A stretch of 63,341 nt of DNA, the filler included, from Octopus bimaculoides (taxonomy: Eukaryota), in assembly GCF_001194135.2 (NCBI RefSeq). It is 6 parts of 5 records of this genome, joined end to end, with 100 filler letters (N's around TTAATTAATTAA, not from the genome) between each part and the next. Parts side by side here need not be neighbours in the genome. Positions count along the whole stretch, not along the records: positions 61,485 to 63,341 come from NC_069006.1; 5 more parts are not named here. The stretch is one strand, 5' to 3'. The notes beneath the pieces were generated by a model, which did not search any database, was not told the origin of the DNA, and saw only the letters and a list, made by a program, of their open reading frames with translations. Positions 63,114-63,341 of this stretch are shown piece by piece. Each line of letters starts with the position of its first letter. Within the stretch, counting starts at the first letter, position 1. The position numbers and the translations under genes were made by a program.

Positions 63114-63341
63114 CTGTATATAGTGAGTGGAGGGGTCAACAAATATATGTAGACAATGTTGGGTAGGGAGGACCCCTGAAGAGAGCCCTTTAGTCTTGTC
63201 AGGGGTCTGACAATCTCTCTGGTGCCAAGTACCTAAAAAAAAAAACTCCCATTACACTATGTAAAATGGGCTGGCATGAGGAAGGGCACTGAACCAGAGA
63301 CACCTTTTTTCATTAAAATAGGGTTTTCTTGTGTAAATATC

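Overview
This is repeat-dense, AT-rich, non-coding eukaryotic DNA. About 7.3 kb (~11%) is N gaps, and five gaps are artificial 100-nt scaffold joins (44 N + TTAATTAATTAA + 44 N). The SINE and microsatellite landscape looks like an octopus (coleoid cephalopod) genome; this is inference from recalled repeat families, not a database result. I found no intact protein-coding gene, tRNA or rRNA gene, or CRISPR array. Nearly all long ORFs in the track are microsatellite or N read-through. What is present: (1) at least four tRNA-headed SINE families with swappable Nin-, Meta-, V- and CORE-like central domains; (2) a ~2.7 kb decayed Dong/R4-type RLE non-LTR retrotransposon plus fragments of a second RLE family; (3) several Penelope-like (GIY-YIG) fragments; (4) two mariner relics, one internally inverted, plus Tc1/mariner, Tigger-like and hAT MITEs; (5) a non-autonomous Helitron with canonical ends; (6) a foldback-type element; (7) two related solo-LTR-like sequences. 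The best leads are a short repeat carrying a minimal type I hammerhead ribozyme in two circularly permuted, retrozyme-like copies; an LTR-like family whose terminal hairpin loop matches the 3' end of tRNA-Ser(GCU); a CENP-B/pogo double HTH adjoining a Penelope RT thumb; a MITE resembling mammalian Tigger4; and a perfect 61-bp palindrome. Family names rest on motifs recalled from memory and need RepeatMasker/Dfam/HMM confirmation.
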